From Candidatus Multivoradales bacterium (GTDB lineage: Bacteria; Acidobacteriota; Thermoanaerobaculia; Multivoradales; JAHEKO01): 64,000 bases of DNA. The stretch is taken from contig CBDCYF010000005.1 in NCBI GenBank assembly GCA_965224065.1, positions 2,751,616-2,815,615 of the forward strand, read 5' to 3'. The position numbers and the translations under genes were made by a program. The notes beneath the pieces were generated by a model. That model made no database searches. It was not told where the DNA came from and saw only the letters and a list, made by a program, of their open reading frames with translations. The first letter of the stretch is position 1. Each line of letters opens with the position of its first letter. Below, piece after piece: positions 55,577-64,000 of the stretch.

Positions 55577-56188
55577 ATGCTCCCCGGCGACGATCTCTTT
55601 CGCTGGTTTCTTCCAGTGATCCTGCTCGCCAACCTGGCGATCTCGGCGACTTACCGGCGCCGGGCACGGCGGGCCGGGGAGGTCATCCAGAGGGGTGCGG
55701 AGAGCCCGGGGTTGATCCTCGCCCGAGTCGGGATCGCCCTGCCGACCTTGGCGTTGCTCGTGATCTTCATCGTCGCACCGGGCGCACTCGGCTGGTCACG
55801 GCTCCCCTTGACCGGTCCCTGGGTATCGATTCGTTGGCTGGGGGCCGGGCTCGGTCTAGCGGCGATCCCGATGGTCTGGTGGACCCTGTCGAGCCTCGGA
55901 TCGAACGTCTCGGAGACCGTCCTCACCAAGGAGTCGCACCGGCTCGTCACCAGTGGACCGTACCGTTGGATCCGCCACCCGCTGTATACGGCCGGAGCGT
56001 TCCTGCTTCTTCCGGGGCTAGCGTTGATGGCGGCGAGCTGGGTGCTTTTGGTGCTGTGCGTCGTGACCGTGGTGGTGGTGAGGCTCGTCGTCGTGCCCCG
56101 CGAGGAGGCGGCACTGGTGGCGAAATTCGGGGTGGACTACGAGTCCTACCGCGCGCGTACCGGGGCTATTGTGCCCCGGTTGCCGTAG
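55577..56188 (+). CDS. Isoprenylcysteine carboxyl methyltransferase (ICMT)/phospholipid methyltransferase family membrane protein.
   Basis: The conserved C-terminal motif LVTSGPYRWIRHPLYTAGAFLLL. Confidence 0.6.
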   Translation: MLPGDDLFRWFLPVILLANLAISATYRRRARRAGEVIQRGAESPGLILARVGIALPTLALLVIFIVAPGALGWSRLPLTGPWVSIRWLGAGLGLAAIPMVWWTLSSLGSNVSETVLTKESHRLVTSGPYRWIRHPLYTAGAFLLLPGLALMAASWVLLVLCVVTVVVVRLVVVPREEAALVAKFGVDYESYRARTGAIVPRLP

Positions 56189-56548
56189 CTCAGCTTCTGG
56201 CCTGGCCAAGCACCTCGGGGCCGCCCTTCGCTCCAGCTCAAGCAGCATCCGCTCCGGGCGGCCCGCTCAGTGCCGGGCTGCCGTATCGACCGGTTGCCGT
56301 TTCAAGGCGGTCGCCGCGAGGGCCGGCGGAGGCTCCATCAGGGCCGTTTGACCGAGCGCGCGGGTGGACTCTTTGGAAGTCAGATTTGGTCCGGCGCGAG
56401 GGAAACCGAGGCGCGAGCGGTCGATCGGAGTCTGCTCGGCTCGCGCCGTGCCCTGCGGAGACTTCGCCGGCCTCGTGGCTTACCGGTGAGGAGGGCCGGG
56501 CTCATGGACGGGCTGCTCTGATCCCAGCGGTGACGCGTTCGCCCACGC

Positions 56549-57211
56549 TCAGGAGGCGCTCGGTGGGTCGACCGGTTCTCCGTCTTCGTCGAGCGCCGGA
56601 TAGGGGAGATCGTGGCGCCGGCAGTAGTCGGCGAGCTTGGGATGCGCCCATTCAAAGAGAGTGCACTCGAACACTTCGGGCTCGAGTCGAGGCGTGTCGT
56701 AGAGCCCCGCCGCCGAGCGCTGCCGGTGCGCCTCGAAGAGGATCACCGCCGCGGCCACCGACACGTTGAGCGATTCCACAAACCCCGCCATCGGGATCGC
56801 GAGTACCTCGTCGACCGCGGCGAGCGCCTCGGCCGTCAACCCGTCCTTCTCCTGACCGAGCAGAAGCGCCGTGGGTTGGGTGAAGTCGATGTCGCGATAG
56901 TCGGTTGCTCCGGCGTCGGGGTGAGCCCCAACGACACGCAAGTCCCTTTCCCGCAGATGTCGGATGGCGTCACCGATCTCACGGTGAAGCTTGACGTTCA
57001 CCCACTTGTGGCTGCCACCGGCGCTCACCAGGGACGTTCGCAGCTCCCCGTCGTAGATCACCGCGTGGGCCTCGTACAGACCCACCGCGTCGGCGGTGCG
57101 CAGAACGGCGGCGAAATTGTGCGGCTTGTGGACGTTCTCGAGCAGAACCGTCAGATCGGGCTGCCTGCGCTCGAGAACGGCGCGCAGCTTCCGGTAGCGC
57201 TCGGGAGTCAT
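56549..57211 (-). CDS. trmH: tRNA (guanosine-2'-O)-methyltransferase TrmH (SpoU family).
   Basis: Motifs LENVHKPHNFAAVLRTADAVG and LLLGQEKDGL...IPMAGFVESLNVSVAAAV. Start re-assigned to ATG 57211 (MTPERYRKL). Confidence 0.7.
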   Translation of the reverse strand: MTPERYRKLRAVLERRQPDLTVLLENVHKPHNFAAVLRTADAVGLYEAHAVIYDGELRTSLVSAGGSHKWVNVKLHREIGDAIRHLRERDLRVVGAHPDAGATDYRDIDFTQPTALLLGQEKDGLTAEALAAVDEVLAIPMAGFVESLNVSVAAAVILFEAHRQRSAAGLYDTPRLEPEVFECTLFEWAHPKLADYCRRHDLPYPALDEDGEPVDPPSAS

Positions 57212-57287
57212 GCGTTTTCCACTCGCCACAAACCTCTGGGGCCGGAAGATCGTACTGTAAGATCGAGGCCCCCCACGAAGGACCGAC

Positions 57288-57995
57288 ATGAGGACCCCCA
57301 AGAGGACCCTAAGGATGATGAAAAAAGACAGCCGTTCCACCACACGAGCCCTCGCTTTGACCACGATCGCGGCTTTGGTTCTGCTCGCTGTACCGGCAAG
57401 CCTGACGGCCGGCGGAGGCGGCAGCACTCCCGACCCGGCGCCCAGCCTCGAGACGGTCGAGATGACCGCCCGCGACTACTATGAGCGTGGCTTGAAAGCG
57501 CGCGACAAGGCTTGGGCGCTCGAGGAAAAAGCCGCCGCGGAGCCGGGCAAGGCCGAGAAGCTCCTCAAAAAGGCCGCCAAGGAGTTCGAGAAGGCCGCCA
57601 AGGCGCAGCGCGAGGCGATCAAGTTGGATTCGCGGATGTATCAGGCCCACAGCAGCCTGGGGTACGCGCTCCGCAAGCTTGGCGACTATGACGCCTCCAT
57701 CAAGGCCTACGACACCGCGCTTGCCATCCAGCCGCGCTACAATGAGGCGATCGAGTATCGGGCGGAGGCCTATCTCGGGCTCGGCCGGCTCGACGAGGCA
57801 AAGGAAGCCTACATGCACCTGCTGAGGGCCGACCGCGAACAAGCGGACGATCTCCTGGCGGCGATGCAGAAGTGGGTCGAGGAGAAGCGGTCGATGGGGG
57901 GCGATCAAACTGTCGAGGACTTTGCCGCCTGGGTCGCCGAGCGCAGCGAGCTTGCCGAGCAGACCGCCATGGTGGGCTCGAAGCGCGACTGGTAG
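57288..57995 (+). CDS. Secreted tetratricopeptide-repeat protein.
   Basis: Signal peptide ALALTTIAALVLLAVPASLTA, followed by TPR-like helices (YQAHSSLGYALRKLGDYDASIKAYDTALAIQPRYNEAIEYRAEAY). Confidence 0.5.
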   Translation: MRTPKRTLRMMKKDSRSTTRALALTTIAALVLLAVPASLTAGGGGSTPDPAPSLETVEMTARDYYERGLKARDKAWALEEKAAAEPGKAEKLLKKAAKEFEKAAKAQREAIKLDSRMYQAHSSLGYALRKLGDYDASIKAYDTALAIQPRYNEAIEYRAEAYLGLGRLDEAKEAYMHLLRADREQADDLLAAMQKWVEEKRSMGGDQTVEDFAAWVAERSELAEQTAMVGSKRDW

Positions 57996-58029
57996 CGGCG
58001 AGTAGCGACTTGCAGCCGCGCGAGGCGAT

Positions 58030-59199
58030 GTGCGGCCGCGGATGAGATCCGACCGACGGGGCTTGCGATGGCGAGCCCCGTTTTGTTTGTTCGTTCTTCT
58101 GACCGCGTGCGCCCCGGGCGAGCGGGCCGAGCTCGCGACTCCGCCGGGCGGCCGCGTCATGCCGTCGCCCTACCGCTGGCAGCTGCCGCCGGGATTCCCC
58201 ATGCCGGTGGTGCCCCGAGACAACCCGATGAACCAGGCCAAGGTTGAGCTCGGGCGCCGGCTCTTCTACGACGCCGGGCTCTCGGGGAACGGAACGCTTT
58301 CTTGCGCCGGCTGTCATCGCCAGGAACGCGCTTTCTCGGACGGTTTGGAGGTCGCCAGAGGCTCCACCGGGGAGCTTCACCCGCGCAATGCGATGAGTCT
58401 GACCAACGTGGCCTACAACCGGGCCTTTGCCTGGGCGGATCCGGGGCTCGGCAGCCTCGAAGACCAGGCCCTGGTGCCGATGCTGAACGAGCACCCGGTC
58501 GAGCTGGGCCTGGCGGGGCGGGAACGGGAGCTCCTCGAGCGCTTGGGCTCGGACCCTGTGTACCCGTCACTTTTTGCCGAGGCCTTTCCGGTTCCCCGGC
58601 CGCTGCGCTTTGCTAACGTCGTGCGCGCGATTGCCGCCTTCGAGCGCACGCTTCTTTCGGGCAACTCTCCCTACGATCGTCTCGTGTTCTGGGATGAGAG
58701 AGACGCGCTTTCCCCGAGTGCTTTGCGCGGTATGCGGCTGTTCTTCTCCGAAAGGACCCGGTGCTCCGGTTGCCATGCCGGATTCAACTTCTCCGGTGCC
58801 GTCGCGTTTCGCGGCGGCGAGCGGGTGCCGCTCGAGTTCCACAACACCGGCCTGTTCGATCTCGACGGCCTGGGTGCCTATCCCCGGCCCAACCGTGGTC
58901 TCTTCGAGCACACCAAGCGCCCGCGCGACATGGGTCGCTTCAAGGCGCCGACCTTGCGGAACATCGAGCTCACCGCTCCCTATCTCCACGACGGAAGCGC
59001 CGCGACGCTCGAAGACGTGATCGACAATTATGCCGCCGGGGGCCGGGGAGCCGGCCGGGCCAACCGGTACAAAAGCGAGCTCGTCGGAGGGTTCGAGATC
59101 AGCGCGGTGGAGAAGAGCGATCTCGTCGAGTTTCTGAAGAGCCTGACCGACCGTTCCTTTGTGACCGACCCGCGGTTCTCGGATCCCTTCTCGGAATAG
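58030..59199 (+). CDS. Di-heme cytochrome c peroxidase (CCP/MauG family).
   Basis: Two CXXCH motifs (CAGCH, CSGCH) in the standard CCP context, with a conserved PTLRN...YLHDG segment. Signal/lipoprotein N-terminus. Confidence 0.8.
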   Translation: MRPRMRSDRRGLRWRAPFCLFVLLTACAPGERAELATPPGGRVMPSPYRWQLPPGFPMPVVPRDNPMNQAKVELGRRLFYDAGLSGNGTLSCAGCHRQERAFSDGLEVARGSTGELHPRNAMSLTNVAYNRAFAWADPGLGSLEDQALVPMLNEHPVELGLAGRERELLERLGSDPVYPSLFAEAFPVPRPLRFANVVRAIAAFERTLLSGNSPYDRLVFWDERDALSPSALRGMRLFFSERTRCSGCHAGFNFSGAVAFRGGERVPLEFHNTGLFDLDGLGAYPRPNRGLFEHTKRPRDMGRFKAPTLRNIELTAPYLHDGSAATLEDVIDNYAAGGRGAGRANRYKSELVGGFEISAVEKSDLVEFLKSLTDRSFVTDPRFSDPFSE

Positions 59200-59222
59200 G
59201 GCCGAGACCCCGCAGTCGATCG

Positions 59223-59390
59223 CGGGCGGGGGCAAGCCCCGCCCCTACATCATCTGTGTTGGCATTCCGTGGCGGACGGGACGCCCCCACGTCGCTAACG
59301 CTAGCGGGCGGGGGTAAGGTCGTCCCCTACACGGTCGTTTCTATCCTGACGGGAAGACCCAATGTAGGGGCGGGGCTTGCCCCCGCCCGT
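59223..59390. mobile_element. MITE/REP-like element with 28-bp perfect terminal inverted repeats that contain the type A hairpin.
   Basis: 59223-59250 cgggcgggggcaagccccgcccctacat is the exact reverse complement of 59363-59390 atgtaggggcggggcttgcccccgcccg. A degenerate third copy lies at 59304-59331. The element sits between convergent genes. Confidence 0.6.
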
Positions 59391-59405
59391 TTTCCTTGTC
59401 TGCCC

Positions 59406-60131
59406 TCAGAAGCTCCAGGTGAGACCCGCCGACAGCGTGCGCCCCGAAAGGTCGAGCTCGCCCAACCCTGCGAAGTCTTCCTCCAGGTCGGCCTCGGCGC
59501 GCTGCCAGCGTCCCTCGGCAAAGAGCGAGACACTGCGCGCCACCGGCACCTCGAGTCCCGCCTGCACGTAGTAGCCGAGAGTCGCGCCCTCTTCTTCGAA
59601 CGCGTCGAAGAAGACTTCGGGCGCTGCCAGCGAGAAGTCGATGAAATCGCCGAACTCCGCCAGTCGCCAGGCGAACAGGCCGCCACCGGCTCCCACATAG
59701 GGCACGATCGAGCTGTCCCGTCGCGCGAGATGAAACAGCAGGCCCAGGTTCAGAGTGGCGACGTCCAGTTCGGTGGTGTGAAAGATGTCGTTGCCGAACT
59801 CGTCGACAAAATTACGGTAGGCCAGGTCGCTACTGCCCCCGAAGGCGCTTCCCGAGACCACAACACCCAGCCGATCGCTCAGAAACCGGGTGTATTCGAT
59901 ACCCACAAGGGCGTCGTCGAAACTGTCGGCGTCACCGTTGAAATCAAAGTTCAGATCCTCCCAGTACGAGGACTCACCACGCGGCTCGAGAACGCCAAGC
60001 TGCAGACGCATGGCTTGGGTCTCGCCCCACAGTCCGCGCGACGATCCCTGGTGACCGGCCCAGCTCGGGGACACGGCGAAGATCGTCAACGCCGGCAGGA
60101 TCAAGAGGAGTAGCTTGTAACGTTTCATCAT
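59406..60131 (-). CDS. Outer-membrane beta-barrel protein (small OMP, OmpW/OmpA-barrel-like).
   Basis: Signal peptide MMKRYKLLLLILPALTIFAVSPSWA. Ends ...LTWSF with a C-terminal Phe. A GGAGGT RBS lies 3 nt before ATGATG. Confidence 0.55.
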   Translation of the reverse strand: MMKRYKLLLLILPALTIFAVSPSWAGHQGSSRGLWGETQAMRLQLGVLEPRGESSYWEDLNFDFNGDADSFDDALVGIEYTRFLSDRLGVVVSGSAFGGSSDLAYRNFVDEFGNDIFHTTELDVATLNLGLLFHLARRDSSIVPYVGAGGGLFAWRLAEFGDFIDFSLAAPEVFFDAFEEEGATLGYYVQAGLEVPVARSVSLFAEGRWQRAEADLEEDFAGLGELDLSGRTLSAGLTWSF

Positions 60132-60362
60132 CGCACCTCCGTTCGGGCTTTGGCCCGCGGGAGGTAAGAGCAACGGCGGTGCCAGTCCCGGAAATCCAAA
60201 GCGGCGATGGGCTTTTTTCGTGACGGCGTTCTGACCGACGAGGCGCGGCCGCCCTTTCGAGGGGACGGCGGTGTCCGGGCGCCGCCGCGCCCGGACACAG
60301 ATCGCTGAGGCGATACAATTGCTCTATCGAGGAGTAGGGGCTATCTTTCCAACGGAGAACCG

Positions 60363-61667
60363 ATGAGAGTTCTGGTTGTCGGGAGCGGGGGGCGCGAGCA
60401 CGCGCTGTGCTGGAAGCTGGCGCAGAGTCCGGATCTGGGCGAGTTGTTTTGCGCCCCGGGAAATCCGGGGGTCGACGCGGTGGCGGACCGGGTGCCGATC
60501 GCCGCGGACGAGGTTCAGAGGCTCGCCGACTTTGCCGCGGACCTCAAGATCGATCTCACCGTGGTGGGGCCCGAGCTACCCCTCACGCTCGGGATCGTTG
60601 ACGAATTTGCGACTCGCGGGCTGCCGATCTTCGGTCCGTCTCGCGAGGCCGCCCGGCTGGAGGGGAGCAAGGTCTTTGCAAAGCACTTCATGCGGGACCA
60701 TGGCATTCCAACGGCCGCCTTTGAGGTCGCGCTGGATGCCGGCCAGGCAAAAAAGGCGGCAAAAAAGCTCGGCCTCCCGGTAGTGCTCAAGGCCGACGGC
60801 CTGGCCGGTGGCAAGGGGGTCGTGATCCCGCGCAACAAAAAGGAGCTTTCGGCGGCGCTCGATCTCTTCTTCGCCGAGCGGAAATTCGGTGCCGCCGGCT
60901 CCCAGGTGGTCGTCGAAGAGCATCTGGAGGGCGAGGAAGTGTCGTTGATGGCGATCGTCGACGGCCAACGATTGCTGCCCCTGGCGACGAGCAAGGACTA
61001 CAAGCGGATCGGTGACGGCGACGAAGGTCCCAACACCGGGGGCATGGGTGCCCACAGTCCGTCGGGTGTGCTGCCCGCAGCCGACGCCAAGCAGATCCTC
61101 GATCAAGTGATGCGTCCGGTGATCACCGGTATGGCGGCCAAGGGGAGTCCGTTTCGCGGGTTTCTTTACGCGGGGTTGATGCTCACCGCCGAGGGGCCTC
61201 GGGTGCTCGAATTCAACGCCCGGCTGGGCGACCCCGAGGCTCAGCCGATCATGATGCGTCTGGCCGATGACCTGCTGCCGGTCTTGGCTCGGGGCGCCAC
61301 CGGCTCGTTCGAGTCCACGCGGCTGGGCTTTCACAAGGCGGCTGCGGCCTGCGTCGTCCTCGCAGCGGCCGGCTACCCGGGGTCGCCGCAAGTGGGGGAG
61401 CCGATTCGCGGTCTCGAAGCGGCTTCGCGACACGACGGCGTGGAAGTGTTCCACGCGGGAACCCGGCTCGAAGGCGAAGAGGTGGTGACGGCGGGGGGGA
61501 GAGTTCTCAACGTTTGCGCCACGGGCGCCGATCTCCGGGGTGCGTTGCGCCGTGCTTACCAAGCGGCGGAGGAAATACGTTGGGAGCACAAAGTGTTTCG
61601 AACGGATATCGGGCGCCGGGTCCTGGAATTGATCGAAAGCCCGGGTGGATCGGGCGCGCAACATTGA
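60363..61667 (+). CDS. purD: Phosphoribosylamine--glycine ligase.
   Basis: MRVLVVGSGGREHALCWKL N-terminus and ATP-grasp motifs. 434 aa. Confidence 0.9.
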   Translation: MRVLVVGSGGREHALCWKLAQSPDLGELFCAPGNPGVDAVADRVPIAADEVQRLADFAADLKIDLTVVGPELPLTLGIVDEFATRGLPIFGPSREAARLEGSKVFAKHFMRDHGIPTAAFEVALDAGQAKKAAKKLGLPVVLKADGLAGGKGVVIPRNKKELSAALDLFFAERKFGAAGSQVVVEEHLEGEEVSLMAIVDGQRLLPLATSKDYKRIGDGDEGPNTGGMGAHSPSGVLPAADAKQILDQVMRPVITGMAAKGSPFRGFLYAGLMLTAEGPRVLEFNARLGDPEAQPIMMRLADDLLPVLARGATGSFESTRLGFHKAAAACVVLAAAGYPGSPQVGEPIRGLEAASRHDGVEVFHAGTRLEGEEVVTAGGRVLNVCATGADLRGALRRAYQAAEEIRWEHKVFRTDIGRRVLELIESPGGSGAQH

Positions 61668-61811
61668 CGGTGTCCGTGGGGATTGCCATAATGAACTCAC
61701 CGATTGCGCACAGTCGCTCAGTCGAGTCGCGAGGGTGTGGGGCCCGCGAAGCCGGGCCGGTTTGAGCGCTGAGGCGTTGTCACCTCCGAACCGGAAGAGC
61801 TCATACCAACG

Positions 61812-62540
61812 ATGTCGGGTTGCCAGGGTTGCTCCTTCAAGGGCATGTCCACCGCGATCGAGGACAACTTTGTCGGCGTCCGTTTTCGCGAGGAAACCAA
61901 TCTGACCCTGTGCGCCACGGGCGGCAAGATCTTCGGCCGCGGGGACCGGGTCATCGTGGAGCTCGAGCACGGGCCGGCATACGGCCGGGTCGAGAAGTCC
62001 CCGATGCCGGTGTTCAAACCCTGCCAGAAATCGAGCGCCAGCCGCATCGTCCGCGAGGCGACCGACGACGACAGCCAACTGCTCGACCGGCAGCAGACGA
62101 ACGAGCAATCGGGCCGGCTTTTTTGCCGCGAACGGGCGCGAGAGCTGGGGCTCGATCTCAAGGTCTCACGTGTCGATTTCTCGCTGGACGGAAAATCGGC
62201 GGTTTTCTACTTCACCGCCAACGGTCGGGTGGATTTTCGCCGGCTGGTCAGCGATCTGTCCCGCCGCTTCTCGGCTCGGGTGCGCATGGTGCAGGTCGGC
62301 TCGCGCGACGAAGCGGGCCTGATTGGCGGAATCGGGGTGTGCGGAAAAACACTTTGTTGCTCGACGTGGCTCAAGGACTTCCGTCCGATCTCGATACAGA
62401 TGGCGAAACGTCAGAACCTGAGCCTCAACCCGTCGAAAATCTCCGGCCAATGCGGCAGGCTTTTGTGCTGCCTGGCCTACGAAGACGACCAGTACAAGCA
62501 ACCGCCCAAGAGAAAACCGCGAGCGCAACCCGATGCCTAG
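61812..62540 (+). CDS. PSP1 domain protein (RicT/YaaT-like).
   Basis: PSP1 C-terminal conserved region with a Cys cluster GVCGKTLCCSTWL...CGRLLCCLAYED. Confidence 0.6.
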   Translation: MSGCQGCSFKGMSTAIEDNFVGVRFREETNLTLCATGGKIFGRGDRVIVELEHGPAYGRVEKSPMPVFKPCQKSSASRIVREATDDDSQLLDRQQTNEQSGRLFCRERARELGLDLKVSRVDFSLDGKSAVFYFTANGRVDFRRLVSDLSRRFSARVRMVQVGSRDEAGLIGGIGVCGKTLCCSTWLKDFRPISIQMAKRQNLSLNPSKISGQCGRLLCCLAYEDDQYKQPPKRKPRAQPDA

Positions 62541-62561
62541 AGTTTCGCCGACGGGGGAACT

Positions 62562-62900
62562 ATGTCGAACCGTAAGCTGATCCGGCCGGATCTCAACGAA
62601 ATGAGAAAAGACAGCACCTCACGCGCCGTGCGCCGCAAACAGGCGCCACCCGAGCAGACCAACGCCGAGGAGTTCTACTACCTCAAGCAGATGGCGGCAC
62701 GGACCCCGATGGTGGTGGTGTTGACCGACGACACCGAGCTGCGGGGCTGGATCGAGTGGTACGACAAAAACGCCATCAAACTCAACCGCCATCACGAGCC
62801 CAACCTCTTGCTCCGCAAGGCCAGCATCCGGTACATGTTCAAAGAAGAAGAGCTCAAGCGGCGGCGGAAACGGTCGGGGTCTGGGTCTTCCTCGGGCTAG
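62562..62900 (+). CDS. Small basic hypothetical protein, possibly Sm-like/Hfq-like fold.
   Basis: 112 aa. The core VVVLTDDTELRGWIEWYDKNAIKL...LLLRKASIRYM loosely follows the Hfq Sm1/Sm2 pattern. Tentative. Confidence 0.3.
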   Translation: MSNRKLIRPDLNEMRKDSTSRAVRRKQAPPEQTNAEEFYYLKQMAARTPMVVVLTDDTELRGWIEWYDKNAIKLNRHHEPNLLLRKASIRYMFKEEELKRRRKRSGSGSSSG

Positions 62901-62927
62901 CCGGCTGCCCGGGCGGCGCGCTCGCTC

Positions 62928-63950
62928 TTGACGTCCGAGACGAAACCACCGCTTCTGGCGGTCACCCAGGGAGATCCGGCTGGCGTCGGCCCCGAGCTGC
63001 TGTTGGATCTGCTGGCGGCGCCGCCCGAAGATGTCCGCCTTCTCCTGATTGCTGAAGCCGTGGCGCTCGAGGCGGCGGCACACGGTGTCAAACAAAGCGG
63101 CCGCGCGGCTCCCTGGACGGACCGGTTGATCGGCGCCGAGCCGGATCTCGACTCGATCCGCCCCGGCGAGGCGGCGGTACTCGATCCGGTCGCAATCGGG
63201 CGCACGGTCGAGCCCGGGCGAACGACAGAGCTCGATGCAGCCGGTGCCCTGGCCTGTCTCGACGCCGGCATCGAGTTGGCGCAAGCCGGGAGGGTCGACG
63301 CGCTGGTCACCGGTCCGGTGAGCAAGGAGTCGATCGCGCGTCACGCGTTGCCGGAGTTCCGCGGCCACACCGATTATCTCGCCCAGGCCTGCGGTCTCGG
63401 TCGCTACGGCGCCGACTACCTGATGGCGTTTCTTTCCCCCGGCCTTCAGGTGGCGCTCTTGACCACACATTTGCCGTTGACCGAGGCCATTGCCGCCCTC
63501 TCCGTCGAGGCGATTGTCGGGGCCCTGGCATGTCTGGATCGCAATGCCGGCGGCCGGATCGCCGTGGCGGGCCTCAACCCTCACGCCGGGGAAGGGGGGC
63601 TGATGGGTGAAGAAGACGACCTAATTGTGACCCCTGCCGTGGAAGAAGCACGTCGCCGTGAGGTCGACGCCTTTGGGCCCTTGAGCGCCGACTCGCTGTT
63701 TTCCCGCGCGCGCGGGGGAGAGTTCGACTGGGTCCTGGCGCTCTACCATGACCAGGGTCTGATCCCGATCAAGACGCTCTCGTTCGGTTCGGCGACCAAC
63801 TGGACCCTCGGGCTGCCCTTTCTGAGAACTTCAGTCGATCACGGCACCGCCTTCGAGATCGCCGGCCGGGGCGAGGCCGACACACGGCCACTTAGAAGGG
63901 TACTGGAGACCACCGCGCGGCTGGCGTCGGGCGAGTTGCCGAAAAAGTAG
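62928..63950 (+). CDS. pdxA: 4-hydroxythreonine-4-phosphate dehydrogenase.
   Basis: PdxA family motifs GDPAGVGPEL, GHTDYLA and NPHAGEGG. 340 aa. Confidence 0.8.
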   Translation: MTSETKPPLLAVTQGDPAGVGPELLLDLLAAPPEDVRLLLIAEAVALEAAAHGVKQSGRAAPWTDRLIGAEPDLDSIRPGEAAVLDPVAIGRTVEPGRTTELDAAGALACLDAGIELAQAGRVDALVTGPVSKESIARHALPEFRGHTDYLAQACGLGRYGADYLMAFLSPGLQVALLTTHLPLTEAIAALSVEAIVGALACLDRNAGGRIAVAGLNPHAGEGGLMGEEDDLIVTPAVEEARRREVDAFGPLSADSLFSRARGGEFDWVLALYHDQGLIPIKTLSFGSATNWTLGLPFLRTSVDHGTAFEIAGRGEADTRPLRRVLETTARLASGELPKK

Positions 63951-64000
63951 GCTGGTTCTCCGTAAAGGGGGGCGCTCTTCTCCACCTCTCGGATACACTC

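Overview
This window is a GC-rich bacterial chromosomal segment. By eye it is well over 60% GC, but I did not compute this. Because of the high GC content, many long antisense ORFs in the six-frame track are artefacts, and I resolved real genes by motifs, start-codon and RBS context, and gene packing.

Housekeeping genes I can support include pckA, an Rrf2-regulated sufBCD-sufS-sufU operon, an SMUG-type uracil-DNA glycosylase, a dodecin, a vapBC toxin-antitoxin pair, a DprE1/DprE2-like oxidoreductase pair, the aceE-aceF-lpdA pyruvate dehydrogenase operon, msrA, trmH, purD and pdxA. There are also secreted enzymes (M14 and M64-like peptidases, oligoendopeptidase F, Cu/Zn superoxide dismutase, a BNR/sialidase-like protein, a di-heme cytochrome c peroxidase) and two Ser/Thr protein kinases. 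One kinase is paired with an ECF sigma factor. The other carries a TonB-C-like periplasmic domain.

The standout is a tightly packed 8-gene operon at about 33.5-45.8 kb. Its order is a pentaheme cytochrome c, an outer-membrane beta-barrel, an octaheme cytochrome c, a cytoplasmic protein that fuses two cNMP-binding domains to a four-cluster [4Fe-4S] ferredoxin, a membrane protein with two intramembrane His-x13-His pairs, a membrane-anchored decaheme cytochrome c, a small FHA protein, and an FAD/NAD(P)-reductase fused to two FHA domains and a ferredoxin-like domain. It reads as a previously undescribed trans-envelope electron conduit running from cytoplasmic NAD(P)H to the outer membrane, wired to cyclic-nucleotide and phospho-threonine signalling. 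The TonB-C-like Ser/Thr kinase lies convergent at its 3' end.

A second notable feature is a family of GC-rich hairpin repeats (REP/MITE-like) found at five or more loci. Two copies are inserted in frame into the Ala/Pro-rich linkers of AceF and LpdA.

I found no rRNA, tRNA or CRISPR.
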